IMG/VR virus record: IMGVR_UViG_3300031555_002663
Coordinates: 9,985-73,984 of that record
DNA length: 64,000 nt
DNA from: a virus
Taxonomy: Duplodnaviria; Caudoviricetes
Reading direction: 5' to 3' (one strand)
The notes under the pieces were generated by a model, which ran no database searches, was not told the DNA's origin, and saw only the letters and a list, made by a program, of their open reading frames with translations. The translations under genes were made by a program, and so were the position numbers. Below are positions 51,506 to 64,000 of the stretch, in pieces (position 1 is the first letter of the stretch; every line of letters starts with the position of its first letter).

Positions 51506-54500
51506 ATGTTAGCTTCACCTATTATCGAAGGAACATTGCCCGCTTTTTATTTAGAAAACGGGACTGCTACTATTGCAGTCCCTTTTTCTCGAAGTAGAGC
51601 GGTTAGCGATTATGATGTTAATGGATATAGTCTTAAAATTAAAAATTTACAAGGCTCAGAATATTTATTAACTTTATCTCATTCTCGCTTTGACTCCAGC
51701 GAATCTATTGTTTATTTTGATGTTCTTGAAGATACTGTAAAAAAAGTTTTTTCAGTTGGTTCTTTCTACAAAGCGCAAATGGCTTATGTAGATAGAGATG
51801 GTTTAGTTGGATATTATTCCACTGTTGGTATTCTTAAGTATACTACTAAACCAGATGTTTCTATTCTTGATTTAAAAACCATGAAGAATAATGGACATCA
51901 ATATTCTTATACAGGAGTTTATAGTCAAAAAGGAAAAGATTTTACTGAAAAAGCTTATTCTTATAGATTCGTTGTGAAAAATAGTAATAATGGTATAGTT
52001 GAGGATACTGGTTTTATTGTTCATAATCATTCTACCGATACTAATCAGTATGAGTCTCAAGATGTGTTCTTATTTTCACAAGACCTTCCTCCAAATGAAA
52101 AATACTCTATTACTTATACAGTAAGAACAAATAATAACTTAGAAGTTTCTAGTCCAACATATAAAATTGTAGCTCAAACCTCTATGGTTTCTACTTTAAT
52201 TTCTGAGATTAGTACTTCTTTAGACTATGATAACGGCTATGTTGCAATTAAATTAAAAGGAGAAATTGATCCAAATACTGGGCTAGAGCGTTTGGTCAAA
52301 GGCTCTTTCATGTTATCTCGAACTTCTGAAAAATCTAACTTTTTAGATTGGGAAACTATAGATTGTTTTAATTTAACTTCTTCTAAGCCTTCTATAGAAA
52401 CCTGGAAGGATTTTGCGGTAGAGCAAGGTATCCGTTATAAATATTGCATTCAGCAGTACAATAAACAAAATCTATTTTCTCAAAAGTTGATTTCAAATGA
52501 AGTTTATGTAGATTTTGAAGATGCTTTTTTATATGATGGAAAACGTCAATTAAAAATTCGTTTTAATCCAAAAGTATCTTCTTTTAAGAAAAATTTATTA
52601 GAAGCCAAAATTGACACAATCGGAAGTCAGTACCCTTTTATTTTTAAGAATGGTAATGTTGAATATAAAGAATTCCCTATTGCGGGATTAATTTCTCGAA
52701 CAATGGATGAACAAAATCTTTTTAGAGAAGATTCTAATTTAGTTTTACCAGAACAAGGACATAGAAAGCAAGATAGATCATTTATTAAAGTTTCTTTTCC
52801 AAGTGAAACATCTGATGCATATCAGGCACAAGTTTATGAAAAGAATTATATGATTTATTATGTTTCTATTTATACTGCCGCGACTGGAACATCAAAAATG
52901 TGGAAGTGGACAGAGTATCTTTCTTCTCTTGGAATTCCAGTAAATCAACATCACTTGTGGACTTATTGTGCAGATCTATTTAAAAACAATATCAATAGAT
53001 TGTATGTTTCTAAATGTGTAGCTACCAAGCAAGATTTAAAAGAAGAGCTGTTCTTAAAAGTAACAGATGAAATTTCTTCTAATATTTTTGCAGAACGTGA
53101 ATTTAAATTAGATGTTCTTGATTGGTTAACCAATGGTCAACCAAAATTATTTAAATCTCCTAATGAGGGTAATTATTTAGTGCGTTTAATGAATACTTCA
53201 TTAACACCTCAAGACCAGTTAGGACGAATGCTTCATAATTTTTCTTGTACTGCATATGAAATTGATAAATTTACATATGATGCGATGATTAAATATGGTA
53301 TTATAAATATTAGTAATGAAAATAGTAAGTATTTAAAAATTATTTCTGTTCCATTGCAAACCTATGATACTAACTGGGCAAATCTTAGTGGTATTGAATT
53401 TCAACCAAATCCTAAACGCGTTCCTTCTGGACCTTATTATGCACAAGGAGATTTGTTAAAAATGAATCGAATGGTTGAATGGGCTACCTTAGAAGATATG
53501 GAGCCTGGCACTAAATTAACTATCGATGGAGAATCTGTTACTGTTGGTGCGAGTGGAAAATATCATATACCAATGACAGTGTCTCAGATTTCTTTAGATC
53601 CAGGCCAAAAAAGTACAGGTATTTTAACATATGCTTATTATGGTGAAATTAATGACTCTTTTAGTCAAGTTATTAATACCAATATTGATGAGGTTATTGG
53701 AAGACAATTTATTGGTGCCCATGAAAATGTTATAGATTTAATAAAAGATAATGCAACTCAAGTTTCATCTTTTTATAATGTAAGACTCTTAAAACGACCT
53801 ATTCAAGATTGTTATATGAGTCCTTATACCTATTACGAAAGAATCGATTATACTTATGAGTTTGTTTTAACATATAAAGATAATTATAAGAATTATTTCG
53901 TAGAGAATAAAAATGTAGATGGAGAATATATTCCTGCTCCAGAAACATATGACCCTAATTTAAGCTATTATAAAGCAATTATAAAACAAGAGTTAATAAC
54001 TGAAAATGGAGATGTAATTGCTAAATTAGGCGCTAAAGGAAATGTTGAAGAGGTTATTAAGCCAGAGATTTATAATCCTCTTACTATTTATCATTTTACT
54101 AATGACTATAGTGGACAATTAGAAACTGCTTTATATAGAAAAGTTAAATTTATTCCAACCGAGCATCAAGATACTGGATTTTTTGCAGAAGATGGAAGTG
54201 GAAAAATTACATCAACTCTTCAAGATAGAACTTATTTAACTCGTACAAGTACAAATCCATATCTAATGAATGAACAAGATTTCTTCCTTTATGGAAGTCA
54301 TGGTATGCTTTACCAAAAATATATTGAAAAGAATGAAAATCAAGAAGAAGTAATTTTCTTTATGCCGGTTTATGATTTTAATTTCTTTGGAGACATTCCT
54401 GCCGACATAGATTTTTATATTAAAGAAGATATTGATTTTTATTTGGATTTAAATAATCCAAGAGAATTGTATATTAGTCCATCTTCTTATCAAGGTTTTA

Positions 54501-54925
54501 TGGAAGATATGGGATTAGCAACAGTGCATCCATATAAGAAATATTCTTATGTAACTTTTATTAATAGTAATAAAACTGCTATTGATTTAACAACAAAAGA
54601 AGTTTTTGATATTGGTCCTATGGACAATATCCAAATAATTACCACTCCAGCGGGAATTTATTTAGAGCTTTTTTATCAAACTTTATCTCTTGAATACGAC
54701 CTTTCTTCTGATTATAATTTACAAATTATTAAGAAGACTTTAGATGTTTTTAAAGAAAAACTTTCAAAAGATTACATGATTAAAAAATGTATTGAATCCA
54801 CCAATCCAGAAGATAGAAGACAATATTTACAAGATTTAGAATATATTTATGAGAATTATTCTCGATTATATTCAGATTATTTAACGCAATTAAATCTGTA
54901 TTTAAAGGCAAAAGAGGAGGCGTAA
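51506..54925 (+). CDS. tail-tip structural protein
   Basis: 1139 aa, beta-rich, in the tail module. Confidence 0.65.
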   Translation: MLASPIIEGTLPAFYLENGTATIAVPFSRSRAVSDYDVNGYSLKIKNLQGSEYLLTLSHSRFDSSESIVYFDVLEDTVKKVFSVGSFYKAQMAYVDRDGLVGYYSTVGILKYTTKPDVSILDLKTMKNNGHQYSYTGVYSQKGKDFTEKAYSYRFVVKNSNNGIVEDTGFIVHNHSTDTNQYESQDVFLFSQDLPPNEKYSITYTVRTNNNLEVSSPTYKIVAQTSMVSTLISEISTSLDYDNGYVAIKLKGEIDPNTGLERLVKGSFMLSRTSEKSNFLDWETIDCFNLTSSKPSIETWKDFAVEQGIRYKYCIQQYNKQNLFSQKLISNEVYVDFEDAFLYDGKRQLKIRFNPKVSSFKKNLLEAKIDTIGSQYPFIFKNGNVEYKEFPIAGLISRTMDEQNLFREDSNLVLPEQGHRKQDRSFIKVSFPSETSDAYQAQVYEKNYMIYYVSIYTAATGTSKMWKWTEYLSSLGIPVNQHHLWTYCADLFKNNINRLYVSKCVATKQDLKEELFLKVTDEISSNIFAEREFKLDVLDWLTNGQPKLFKSPNEGNYLVRLMNTSLTPQDQLGRMLHNFSCTAYEIDKFTYDAMIKYGIINISNENSKYLKIISVPLQTYDTNWANLSGIEFQPNPKRVPSGPYYAQGDLLKMNRMVEWATLEDMEPGTKLTIDGESVTVGASGKYHIPMTVSQISLDPGQKSTGILTYAYYGEINDSFSQVINTNIDEVIGRQFIGAHENVIDLIKDNATQVSSFYNVRLLKRPIQDCYMSPYTYYERIDYTYEFVLTYKDNYKNYFVENKNVDGEYIPAPETYDPNLSYYKAIIKQELITENGDVIAKLGAKGNVEEVIKPEIYNPLTIYHFTNDYSGQLETALYRKVKFIPTEHQDTGFFAEDGSGKITSTLQDRTYLTRTSTNPYLMNEQDFFLYGSHGMLYQKYIEKNENQEEVIFFMPVYDFNFFGDIPADIDFYIKEDIDFYLDLNNPRELYISPSSYQGFMEDMGLATVHPYKKYSYVTFINSNKTAIDLTTKEVFDIGPMDNIQIITTPAGIYLELFYQTLSLEYDLSSDYNLQIIKKTLDVFKEKLSKDYMIKKCIESTNPEDRRQYLQDLEYIYENYSRLYSDYLTQLNLYLKAKEEA

Positions 54926-54928
54926 TTT

Positions 54929-57900
54929 ATGAAAAGAAATCCCATTAATAATAAAGAATTTCTTTATGAATTAAGTCAATTCCGTCAAAAAGAAATCTAT
55001 GCAAAAATAATCGCTTTAGATTTTGAAGAAAATCCTTTAGAGCAGATTGAAGGAAAAGTAACAGGAGGATCCCTCAATATTGATGGATCCTCTGCTGTTA
55101 GAAGAACTTGTAACTTATCTTTAGTTGCAAAAGATGTTAATATTTCTGATTTCTATTGGAGCGTTAGTAATAAATTTACTTTAGAGATTGGTGTAAAAAA
55201 TCAAATTAATAAAGAATATCCTGAAATTATTTGGTTTTCTCAGGGCATTTATGTAATTACTTCTTTTAATGTTGCATTAGCAAATAATAGTTACAATATT
55301 TCTATTAGCGGAAAAGATAAAATGTGTTTGCTAAATGGCGATATTGGAGGAAGTCTTTACGCTTCTATTGATTTTGGAAAAATTGACACTTATAGCGATG
55401 CATATTCTATGGTGGAATTTGAAGATTTAACTCAATATGTAGCCAATAAATATTATATTTATCAAGGTGGAGAATATGTCATTTCTACTGCTGAATATGA
55501 TCCAACTAAAACATACTATGCCAAAGATGTTGTTTTAGAGCAAGAAGATTTGAAATTAAAAGATATTATCCGTGAAGCTGTACACGTTTACGGCAAAGAG
55601 ATGTACCATAATATTATTATTAATGACTTAGATGATTATGGTTTAGAGCTTTTAGAATATAGAGGAGAAAATCCTTTATATATGCTTTATAATGAAGACG
55701 CTGCGGTTTATGAGAATATGGTTTTAGATGAAGATTTTCCAATTTATCTTGAAATCTCTCCAGAAAATTATAATTATGAACCGCTTGAAAATCTTCCTAT
55801 GGAAACTTTCTATGCCAATCCAGAAAATTATTGGGTTAAAAGTGAAGAGTCAGAGGATTTTTATTATCAAGTAAGTCAATACGATGAAGAATTGACATAC
55901 TATACTCGATCTTATATTGCACCGATTATTAATAGCACATCTAAGCAAATTAAGGACACTCCTGTTTTTAATAATGCTATTAATGATTTTAATGATTCAC
56001 GCACTATTTTTTATCTCAACTCAAATATCTTAGATGAAAAAACTGGAAAAAGAGATGAAGCAAGATGGTCCGCAACTAAAATAGAAGCAGGTAACGCGGC
56101 AGGCTATCGTACGACAGATCTTACTTATGCAGGAGAACTAATCTCTTCTATTGGGGAATCATTAACTTCTATTTTAGACAAAATTAAAAATATGCTTGGG
56201 CCTTTTGAATACTTTTATGATAAAGAAGGTCATTTTGTTTTTCAAGCTAAAAAGATTTATGCAAATGAGTCTTGGAATAGTTTGGTTGAAGCAGATGATG
56301 AGGTTTTTGCAAGAGATAATATAGAAGAGTCTCCATACTCTTATAGCTTTGAAGATGTAAATCTTATTCAAAGATTTCAAAATGCTCCTGCAATAAATCA
56401 AATTAAAAATGATTATTCTATTTGGGGAGTTCGCAAAGGAGTTAGCGGAGCAGAAATACCTATTCATGCTCGCTATGCAATTCATGAAAAACCAATTTAT
56501 TATAGAGGTTATGATGGATTGGTTTATTGCCAAAATAAAGATTTCGTCGATCACTATTTTGAACTAAAAAAGCAAGAATTGTTGGCAACTATTAATGATC
56601 GCTTGGATAATTATGAACCTCAATATCCTATTATAGAAGGCTTAAAACAACCAGTGAAATTACCAGACGGTTCTTGGTCTGAGGGCTGGTGGGATATCCG
56701 AGATTGGCACGATTATTATGTAGCTTTAACGAATGAAGAACCAAACTATAGTATGAAAGAGTACAGTAAAAATAATGCATCTGGATGCGTATCTTATATA
56801 GAAGCTTTTCCAAATAATAGCCCATATTATGAAAGCGGCAATTCAGATAGATACGTTTGGTTAATTATTTATAATCCTAGAACAAATCGTATTAATATTC
56901 AACATGGTTCTGGTAACCCTACTGCAAGAGGCTCTTGGCGTTTTAGATATCAATCAGAATATAGAGAAGATGGAAGTTTATTTACTTATTATGTAGATAC
57001 TGCAGGAAATAAGCATGAATCAGGATATCTTTCAGCGTCAGGATATTATGATGATAGTAGTGATATGGCAAGAGAAGCTATTGCGGCAAAGAATAATATT
57101 CCAGTTGAAGGAGTAACTTGGTTTATTCCTCCTTATAGTGGTTGTAATGATAAGCATACTTATCTTGAATTCTTAGAAGGAGATATTAAACATTCTGGTA
57201 ACTTAGTTTATTTTTACAATCCTAATTTCCCAGGAACATCTTCTCTTCAAGAGGCTATTGAAAAAGAGCTTGAAGAAGAGTATGAAAAAATAATTAGTTC
57301 TTATACTTTCGTTGAAGTAGATTGGAGAGAAATTATTTATCAAATGGCAAAAGATTATTTTGCTCATAATCAAGATGAAGATTTCTTATTAAGAATTCGT
57401 GAAAATAATATGATGTTAGATGGCGTTTCTAGTTATTATCCTACTGGAGAAACTGGATACGAAATGTTTTATACAGATATCCAAGGTTTTTGGCGTCAAC
57501 TATATGATCCAAATCCTGTTATTAGTTATGATTCAGAGGGTGGATACTATAGTGAGAAGAAACAATATGAAGAGGATAATCTTACTTATAAAATTGTAAA
57601 TGAATGGAATCCATTTACGCCATTAGAAACTTTTTCTTGTGATTATTTTTTAAAACCTTCAGAAGGTTAGATTGCAGACGAAAAAGATTATTCATCAACA
57701 AAATATTATTGGCATAAAAATGTAGTAGAGGCTCCAGATTTATTAAATTTCTGGATTGATTTTTATGAAGGCGATGCACCTCTTTCACAATACTCTATCG
57801 GCAGTATTGGAAATAGGCCGAAAGTCGTAAATAATAATAAAGTTTCTTCCATATACTTTAGGAACACTCCGCAAATTATTTTCTATGAAGATGGGGAGTA

Positions 57901-58225
57901 TGATCCTTTAAATATTAGATCTGGTTATACTTATGCCAATTTAGTTGATATGGGAGATTTATTTACAATAAGCTCTCAAGGAAAAAGCGCACAAGATGAA
58001 TTGAATGAATTGTTTAACACTCATGCATATTGCACCGAGACTGTGACAATGACTTCAGTGCCGATTTATTATTTAGAACCAAATACCTTGATATATATCC
58101 ACAATGAAGAAAGTGGAATTAATGGTAAATTTTAGCTGACAAGACTAAGCATTCCATTAACTTATAATGGTATGATGTCGATTAATGCAACTAAAATTAA
58201 AGATAAAATTTATTTAGGAGGTTAA
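54929..58225 (+). CDS. tail hub/baseplate-like protein, 1098 aa (2 in-frame TAG)
   Basis: Continuous frame through TAG 57668 and 58133 to TAA 58223-25, which abuts the next SD; C-terminal PIYYLEPNTLIYI...GKF[Q]LTRLSIPL. Confidence 0.8.
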
Positions 58226-58230
58226 GGAGT

Positions 58231-58590
58231 ATGGGAAAAGTATTAAAGCAATTTAGATACTATGGTGACGTAGATCCCAATGGGTTGAACTATCCCTCTG
58301 AGATTAATAAAGAAAGTCTCCAAACCGGAGAAATCTTTTTTAATAGTCCAACTCTTATGACCGCTACTATTGCTTCACTTGGAATTCAAACAATTCCAGG
58401 AGTTAAATTTTATCTTAATGATGCCGTGGACTCTATTATTGTAGGGTCCTCTGGCGTCTATGAATTAAATTTAACTGATAACTATGAAATTTCAGCTTTA
58501 AGATTTGAAGGAAAATCTTTAGATTTAATTGGTAGTTATAGTGGAGACGCTTATTTAATTATTGATATTGTATATAATACGGAGGAGTGA
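58231..58590 (+). CDS. small tail-associated protein
   Basis: 119 aa, tightly coupled to neighbours. Confidence 0.7.
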   Translation: MGKVLKQFRYYGDVDPNGLNYPSEINKESLQTGEIFFNSPTLMTATIASLGIQTIPGVKFYLNDAVDSIIVGSSGVYELNLTDNYEISALRFEGKSLDLIGSYSGDAYLIIDIVYNTEE

Positions 58591-58594
58591 TTAA

Positions 58595-61500
58595 ATGAGT
58601 TTTTATGGTAGCGTTTCAAACGCAGGAAAAACAACTCTAACTTTTGATAAAGTTTATCCTAATCGCCAAGCGATGGAAACTTATTGTAAAGAAGATGGAG
58701 TTTTTATAGGACGATGCGTTCTTATTGAATATGATGATAATACTTTTGCTTATGTTCGTGGTTATACTACAGACTATCCAGCAAAAGATATTTTATATCA
58801 TTTATATGCTGACGTTAATGGAGACATTCCATTAAAGGTTGGTGAAAATTTCACAGTCGATGATGAAGGAAAAGTTAACGAAGAAGAAGGTTATTCTATT
58901 CAAATTGGTTCTTTGGTTAGAGCCAGATATGTTGATAGATTTGGAAATATCGCAGATCCAAATACTTTTTTCTTTGTTTGTGATGACACAGAACTTAATG
59001 GTATTGCAAAATTCAGAGTTGTTAACACTTCTGAACAATACATTACTGACTACGATTTAAACTATAAGATTGATAAAGATTATAGTGAAGATCATGGTTA
59101 TGTCTTTACTTCTGGATGGGATTCAACTGTATGGCAAAAAATAATTGAAGGCGGCGTTATTAAGTATAGAATGATTGCTTCACTAAATTCTGATTTGCCT
59201 ACTTTTAAAGTCAGAGCAGAAGCTCCTTCTATTGATGCTGTAGCTCCTCACTTTGGAGAAGATAGTACCAATATGACTTATACTTTACATATGCCTACAA
59301 TGTGGGGATTTAAAGTAAAAAATATTGAAGATGCTGTAGAAGGTGAAACCCTTTATTCTGATGAAAAAGTTTTTTATGGAGATAGAAAACCTAAACCTCC
59401 TATTAATAAAAACGATAAAGAAGATGAATCAGAAGATGAAGAAGATGCAATTGGCCCAGAAATAAACCCAGACTTGTTGGGTGTTGAATATGATGGAGCG
59501 ATTTTCTTCAATAAGGCGGGTTTCAATAAATAGCATCGATACATGAGCGATGCAGAAAATAAAATTTCTATTCTTCCTACTGGACATTCAGTAAATTATC
59601 CAGATTATTATGTTCATGATGGAGAAAGTCATAAAGAATTAGCTCCAGATTTACAAGAACTTACAATTCAATTACCTGCAATTGGTAATGCTATTGCAGA
59701 ATTATGGGATGTAATGTATGGAGATAAAGACGCAAATGGTAAATATTTACGTTCCAGAAATGATAATATTGAATGGAATGATACTACTGGTATTCGTATG
59801 ATTACTGTAGATCCTGACACTGGCGGTTTTAAGTATTTACCAGACAAAACAGAAAGTTTAGCGGGCGCTATTAATTCTTTACATGATTTAATGGGTATGA
59901 TTATTGTATCCCCAGTTGAAGGTCAAAGTAAAGAAGAGGCTTTAGAATCTGCAATTTCAAGTAGAATTTATTATGGCCCTTATGGAGAAAATGAAAATCA
60001 AAACGGATTTTTCTTCAAAGATACAGAATATAAATTTGAACCTTTTGCAACTATTCCAGAGCTTAATGCAAAATATGAAGCAGAAGGTAAACCTGTTCCA
60101 TTTCCAGATTTTGATGCAGAAAATTTTGTTGGTTCAAGAACTTATTATGATTTAATTCAATTCTTAGCTAACACTTATTATACTTATGTTGATAATAATT
60201 TCTATTTGGATGCTAGTAATGTTCCAACTCCTGATACTTTATATTATTTATTAGGTGAGCCAAAAACTGTTCTTTTAAAAGAATGGCATGGCGAAATAGA
60301 AGATGAAGAAACAGGAGAAACTGTTGTTGAAGATACTTATTATAAATCTAACGGTAATTATATTAAAGACACAAGTGATGTAACTGATGAAACAAAAGAT
60401 TATTATTCTATTGTTGCAAAAAAAGAAACTTATCCAGAGAATCATGAAGAAACTAAAATTCCAAGATTAATTTGGAATCCTAAATTACCTCTTTATTGCC
60501 CTAATGATCCAGGCTCAGAAAATACTATTGAAAATGCTGAAGAAGGCATTGATTGGAGTGTATTAATTTCTGGTATTGATGGCAATGGAGTGCCTTGGGT
60601 TGAAAATGTAGTTGCAGTTAATAAAAATGGATATTTTTATCTTGCTTATGAAGAAGTTGAAGGAGAAGAAGACCCTATTGCTTCTACTTTAATTCAAGTA
60701 CAACCAACAGACGAATGGGTAGAAAATAGAAAATATTATAAAATCCCTATTTATGCAATTCGCGAGATGATCGATGAAACTGGTGCAAAAGTTAGAATTC
60801 CATATTTTATTAAATCTGATGGTACTTTAGTTTCATTTGAAGATGCCGTAGACGCAGGCGAAAATGGTGGAAAAGACGACAATCTCTTCCCTTATGGAGA
60901 TTATCGTATTAATATGATTGAATTTATCCCAGAACTTTATTTTTCTGAGGCTACTTTCAATATTGAATTAGAAGATGGAAGTACAAAAACTGAAACTGGT
61001 TATCAATGCTTGTTAAGTAGAGATGCTCTTGATGATTCTGTAATTTATTACACTATTGAAGCAACTCCTTTAACTGGCGAGGGTGATATTACAGTTGTAC
61101 CTCCAGAAGAAGGGGAAACACCATCTGAGCCTTCTGAGCCATCTGAAGAAATTTTATTAACTCACTATTATAAACCAGGTGTATATTATTTTAAAAATTC
61201 TACTAATGATTATATTTTAAGCACTTCTAAATCTTTTGATTCTAGCTTAACATATTATTTATTAACAGATAAAAATAATGTGCTTTTAGAAAAAGATCCT
61301 ACAACAAATCTTTTTAAAATTGAACCTGAAACGGCAGATTTCTATGAGCCAAATAAATATTATTATTTTAGTAATGAATTTGGTTCTAATTTAATGGATA
61401 CTGGAACTGTTATGAAAACTCCAGAGCATCCAGATGTTCATCCTGAATATGTGAGAACTGAAATTGCAGAAGATGGAACAGAAAAGAAACTGGTTTACTT

Positions 61501-62641
61501 TATTCCTCAAGAGGCATATGTTGTTGAAGATACCGCAGGTTTCTTAAACAAAGGTATGGTTTGGGATAAAAATGTTGAGCCCCCAGCAACAGTAACTCTT
61601 GGAGGCCGTTATACTGAACCTAAGTGGACAGAGCTTAAAGGTTTTTCAAGAGCTTTAAATACTGTCAATGGATTGATTTTGCAATTAAATAAATATTTTA
61701 AGTTTGATGACCAATATGTAAGAGATAATTCTACTGTTCAAGGATGTCTAAATCAGCTGAAAGATATTATTAATCTTACTGATGATTTAAATCCTGGTAA
61801 TATTATGATTATCGATGATTATGGTAGAATGTCTGGAGGTCTTTTAGAAGCTGATGGTTGGATTGCTCCAACAATTGAGACCAAGGCAAAAAATACTTCT
61901 TTGGTTTTAACTCATGCATTGCCTGAAGTAGCAGATGATGAGTTAACAGAAATCGGTGGCTTAAAAATTGATAAAAATGGTCACGTTAGATCTTTAGGCT
62001 CAGGTTTAACAATAGATTCTCTAAATTCAACCGTAACTGGCTTAAGTGGTAAGATAGATACATTAAATGGAGATGCTTCAACCGCTGGCTCTGTAGCTAA
62101 CACTGTTGCTACTGAAATTGCAAAAATTGTTAATGAAAATAACAATGGAAGTATTGATACATTAAATGAAATTGCTGCCTGGATTATTAACGATACCACT
62201 GGCGCAGCAAATATGGCGAATGATATCGCAGCTCTTGAAGCACTTGTTGGTGATACTGCAGTTGCTACCCAGATTAGCACTGCTATCGATACTGCTTTAA
62301 AAACTGATGGAGTAGATAAATATGCTTTTGCATCAGAATTAACTAATATTGGCGCTCGAGTAAAAACTTTAGAAGATACTATTTCAGCTGAAAAGATTGC
62401 TCAGTGGGATTCTGCAGAAGCTAATGTTCAATCAGACTGGAATGAAGCCGATGCAACTTCTGACGCATTTATTTTAAATAAGCCAGATTTATCCGCTTAT
62501 ATTACTAATACACAAGAGTTTGTTTATGACTATAATGGAACTCAAACAAATATGACAATTCAAGCTTTATTAACCTATATTGCAGGTTTAGAAGCTAGAA
62601 TTAAAGTATTAGAAGATGCTGCGACAACTCCTACTACTTAA
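58595..62641 (+). CDS. tail fibre/receptor-binding-like protein, 1348 aa (1 in-frame TAG)
   Basis: ORFs 58595 and 59543 are in frame across TAG 59531; C-terminal trimeric coiled-coil-like segments. Confidence 0.75.
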
Positions 62642-62647
62642 TAAATT

Positions 62648-62682
62648 AAGACTCGGTCTTGAGTAAAGGCCGAGTCTTTTTA
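62648..62682 (+). terminator. intrinsic terminator
   Basis: AAGACTCGGTCTT-GAGT-AAAGGCCGAGTCTT plus T tract. Confidence 0.8.
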
Positions 62683-62731
62683 ATTTATATAAATCTTTTT
62701 TTATATTAAATAGAGAAAAGGAGGTTAACAG

Positions 62732-64000
62732 ATGGCTAATTATGTAAAGTTTTTTCGCGGAACTCCTAAAGCATATGCGAACACTATAAAAAATAGTGAT
62801 ACTTTATATTTCGTTTCCGAAAGTGATAGCAATGTTGGTTCATTATATCTGGGCTCTAAGCTAATCTCTGGTGAAATTAATTCTCTAACTGAGTTAGAAG
62901 ATATTTTACTTTCTGAGCAGCTTTCCGATGGTTCAATTTTAGTATATGATGAATCTCAATCTTCTTGGGTAAATAAAACCATTGTTGAAGCAGTTGGTTT
63001 AATGACACCTGCAACTGCTGAAGCGGCAGGTGGTTATGGACTCGTTCCAGCTCCTGGAAAGGGTGAACAAAACTATTTCTTACGTGGAGATGGTGCTTGG
63101 GCACCAATTGAAGGCTCTGGAGGAGAAACTGTTTCAAGTAACACTCAAGTTTATGAAGTTATTACTAATGCAAATGAATTACATGATGATGCAATTTCTC
63201 GTATTGTTAATGGTGCTGAACTATTTAATGGAGATATTGCAATCGTTAAAGATTTAATTGCTGGAGATAAATAGCAGTATACCGCCTATGTTTATAATGG
63301 CACAAAATGGGTAGCCATGGATGGAAATTATAGAGCTGACAATGTTTATTTTGATGAAGATTTTATTTTCACAAAAGCTATTGGTACTGTTTCTATCCCT
63401 GATACTGGTAATGTGACTGTTTCTGCAGCCGGCAAAAATCTACAAGAGTTTTTTGCAGGATTATTTGCAGAAGAAGAGTATCCTACCACACCATCTACTA
63501 GTGCAACTTTAGGTTCTAATAATATTGGAACTAAAGAAGTTGGTACTAAAATTGGAATTCAATATTCCTTTACTACTACTGCTGGCAATTATAAATTCGG
63601 ACCTTCTGATAATGGCGTTACTTGGAGCGATTATAAAGCTACTTTTAACGGCGAAACTCTAACTGGAAAGTCTGGAACTTTTACTACAGTTCAAGTAACA
63701 GATGATACTAATTTAAGTATTACTGGTTCTGTTGAACAAAGCGCAGGCGCAATTCCATTAACTAATTTAGGCAATGAATATAGTGATGCACAAATTCAAA
63801 AGAAATCTTGGACTAATTTAACTAAAGGCACTTTAAGTGGTTATAGAGCTTGGTTCTGTGGCTATAAGAATGGCGATAATGCATTAACCGATCCAACAGC
63901 AATTACAGGAGCAGAAATTCGTGCTCTTGGAACTTCAAAAAATGGATCTTGGGCTTCTTCTATGAATATTTCTAAGATGAAACAAATGTATTTTGCCGCT
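62732..64000 (+). CDS. tail fibre-like protein, partial, runs off the window (1 in-frame TAG)
   Basis: Frame stays open for about 240 codons past TAG 63272 (YTAYVYNGTKWVAMDGNY...) to the window end. Confidence 0.8.

Noticed and set aside
22466-64000. Interpreting the split ORFs as pseudogenes, frameshifts or sequencing errors
   Set aside because: All 16 breaks are the same codon (TAG), stay in frame, and fall in essential virion genes; no TAA/TGA breaks occur
1-64000. Suppressor tRNA, release factor, integrase, reverse transcriptase (DGR) or tail sheath
   Set aside because: None recognisable by eye in this window; a tRNAscan-SE/ARAGORN run is needed to exclude a tRNA
1-64000. TGA recoding
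   Set aside because: TGA ends several well-coupled genes (27415, 32583, 33670, 34278, 58590) and never interrupts one

Overview
This window is a 64 kb segment of a large tailed dsDNA phage (siphovirus-type morphogenesis module, no tail sheath gene). The host is probably a Firmicute, judging by the sigmaA-type promoters and an AbrB/SpoVT homologue. The phage appears to use an alternative genetic code. Sixteen in-frame TAG codons interrupt ten + strand late genes that read through cleanly to TAA/TGA, while every credible gene in the window ends in TAA or TGA. This fits code 15 (TAG=Gln). There are three compartments. (1) 1-5.4 kb: small genes, a formate/nitrite channel, and a tandem winged-helix Rep-like gene with five 20-bp iteron-like repeats upstream. 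(2) About 5.8-18.3 kb: a GC-richer, minus-strand early/host-takeover-like cassette array. It has about 33 near-consensus TTGACA-17-TATAAT promoters, a conserved translation-initiation motif, triplicated wHTH regulators, two promoter-driven structured non-coding RNA candidates, and a family of eight covarying 25-27 bp GC hairpins, five of which sit at the start of an opposite-strand promoter. It is bounded by unusual palindromic non-coding sequence and could be a long terminal repeat. (3) 18.4-64 kb: folD and small genes on the minus strand, then the + strand terminase, portal, protease/scaffold, capsid, neck, tail, tape measure and tail-tip/fibre genes. No tRNA, CRISPR array, integrase or reverse transcriptase was recognised. 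All functional calls come from motif recognition by eye, with no database searches.
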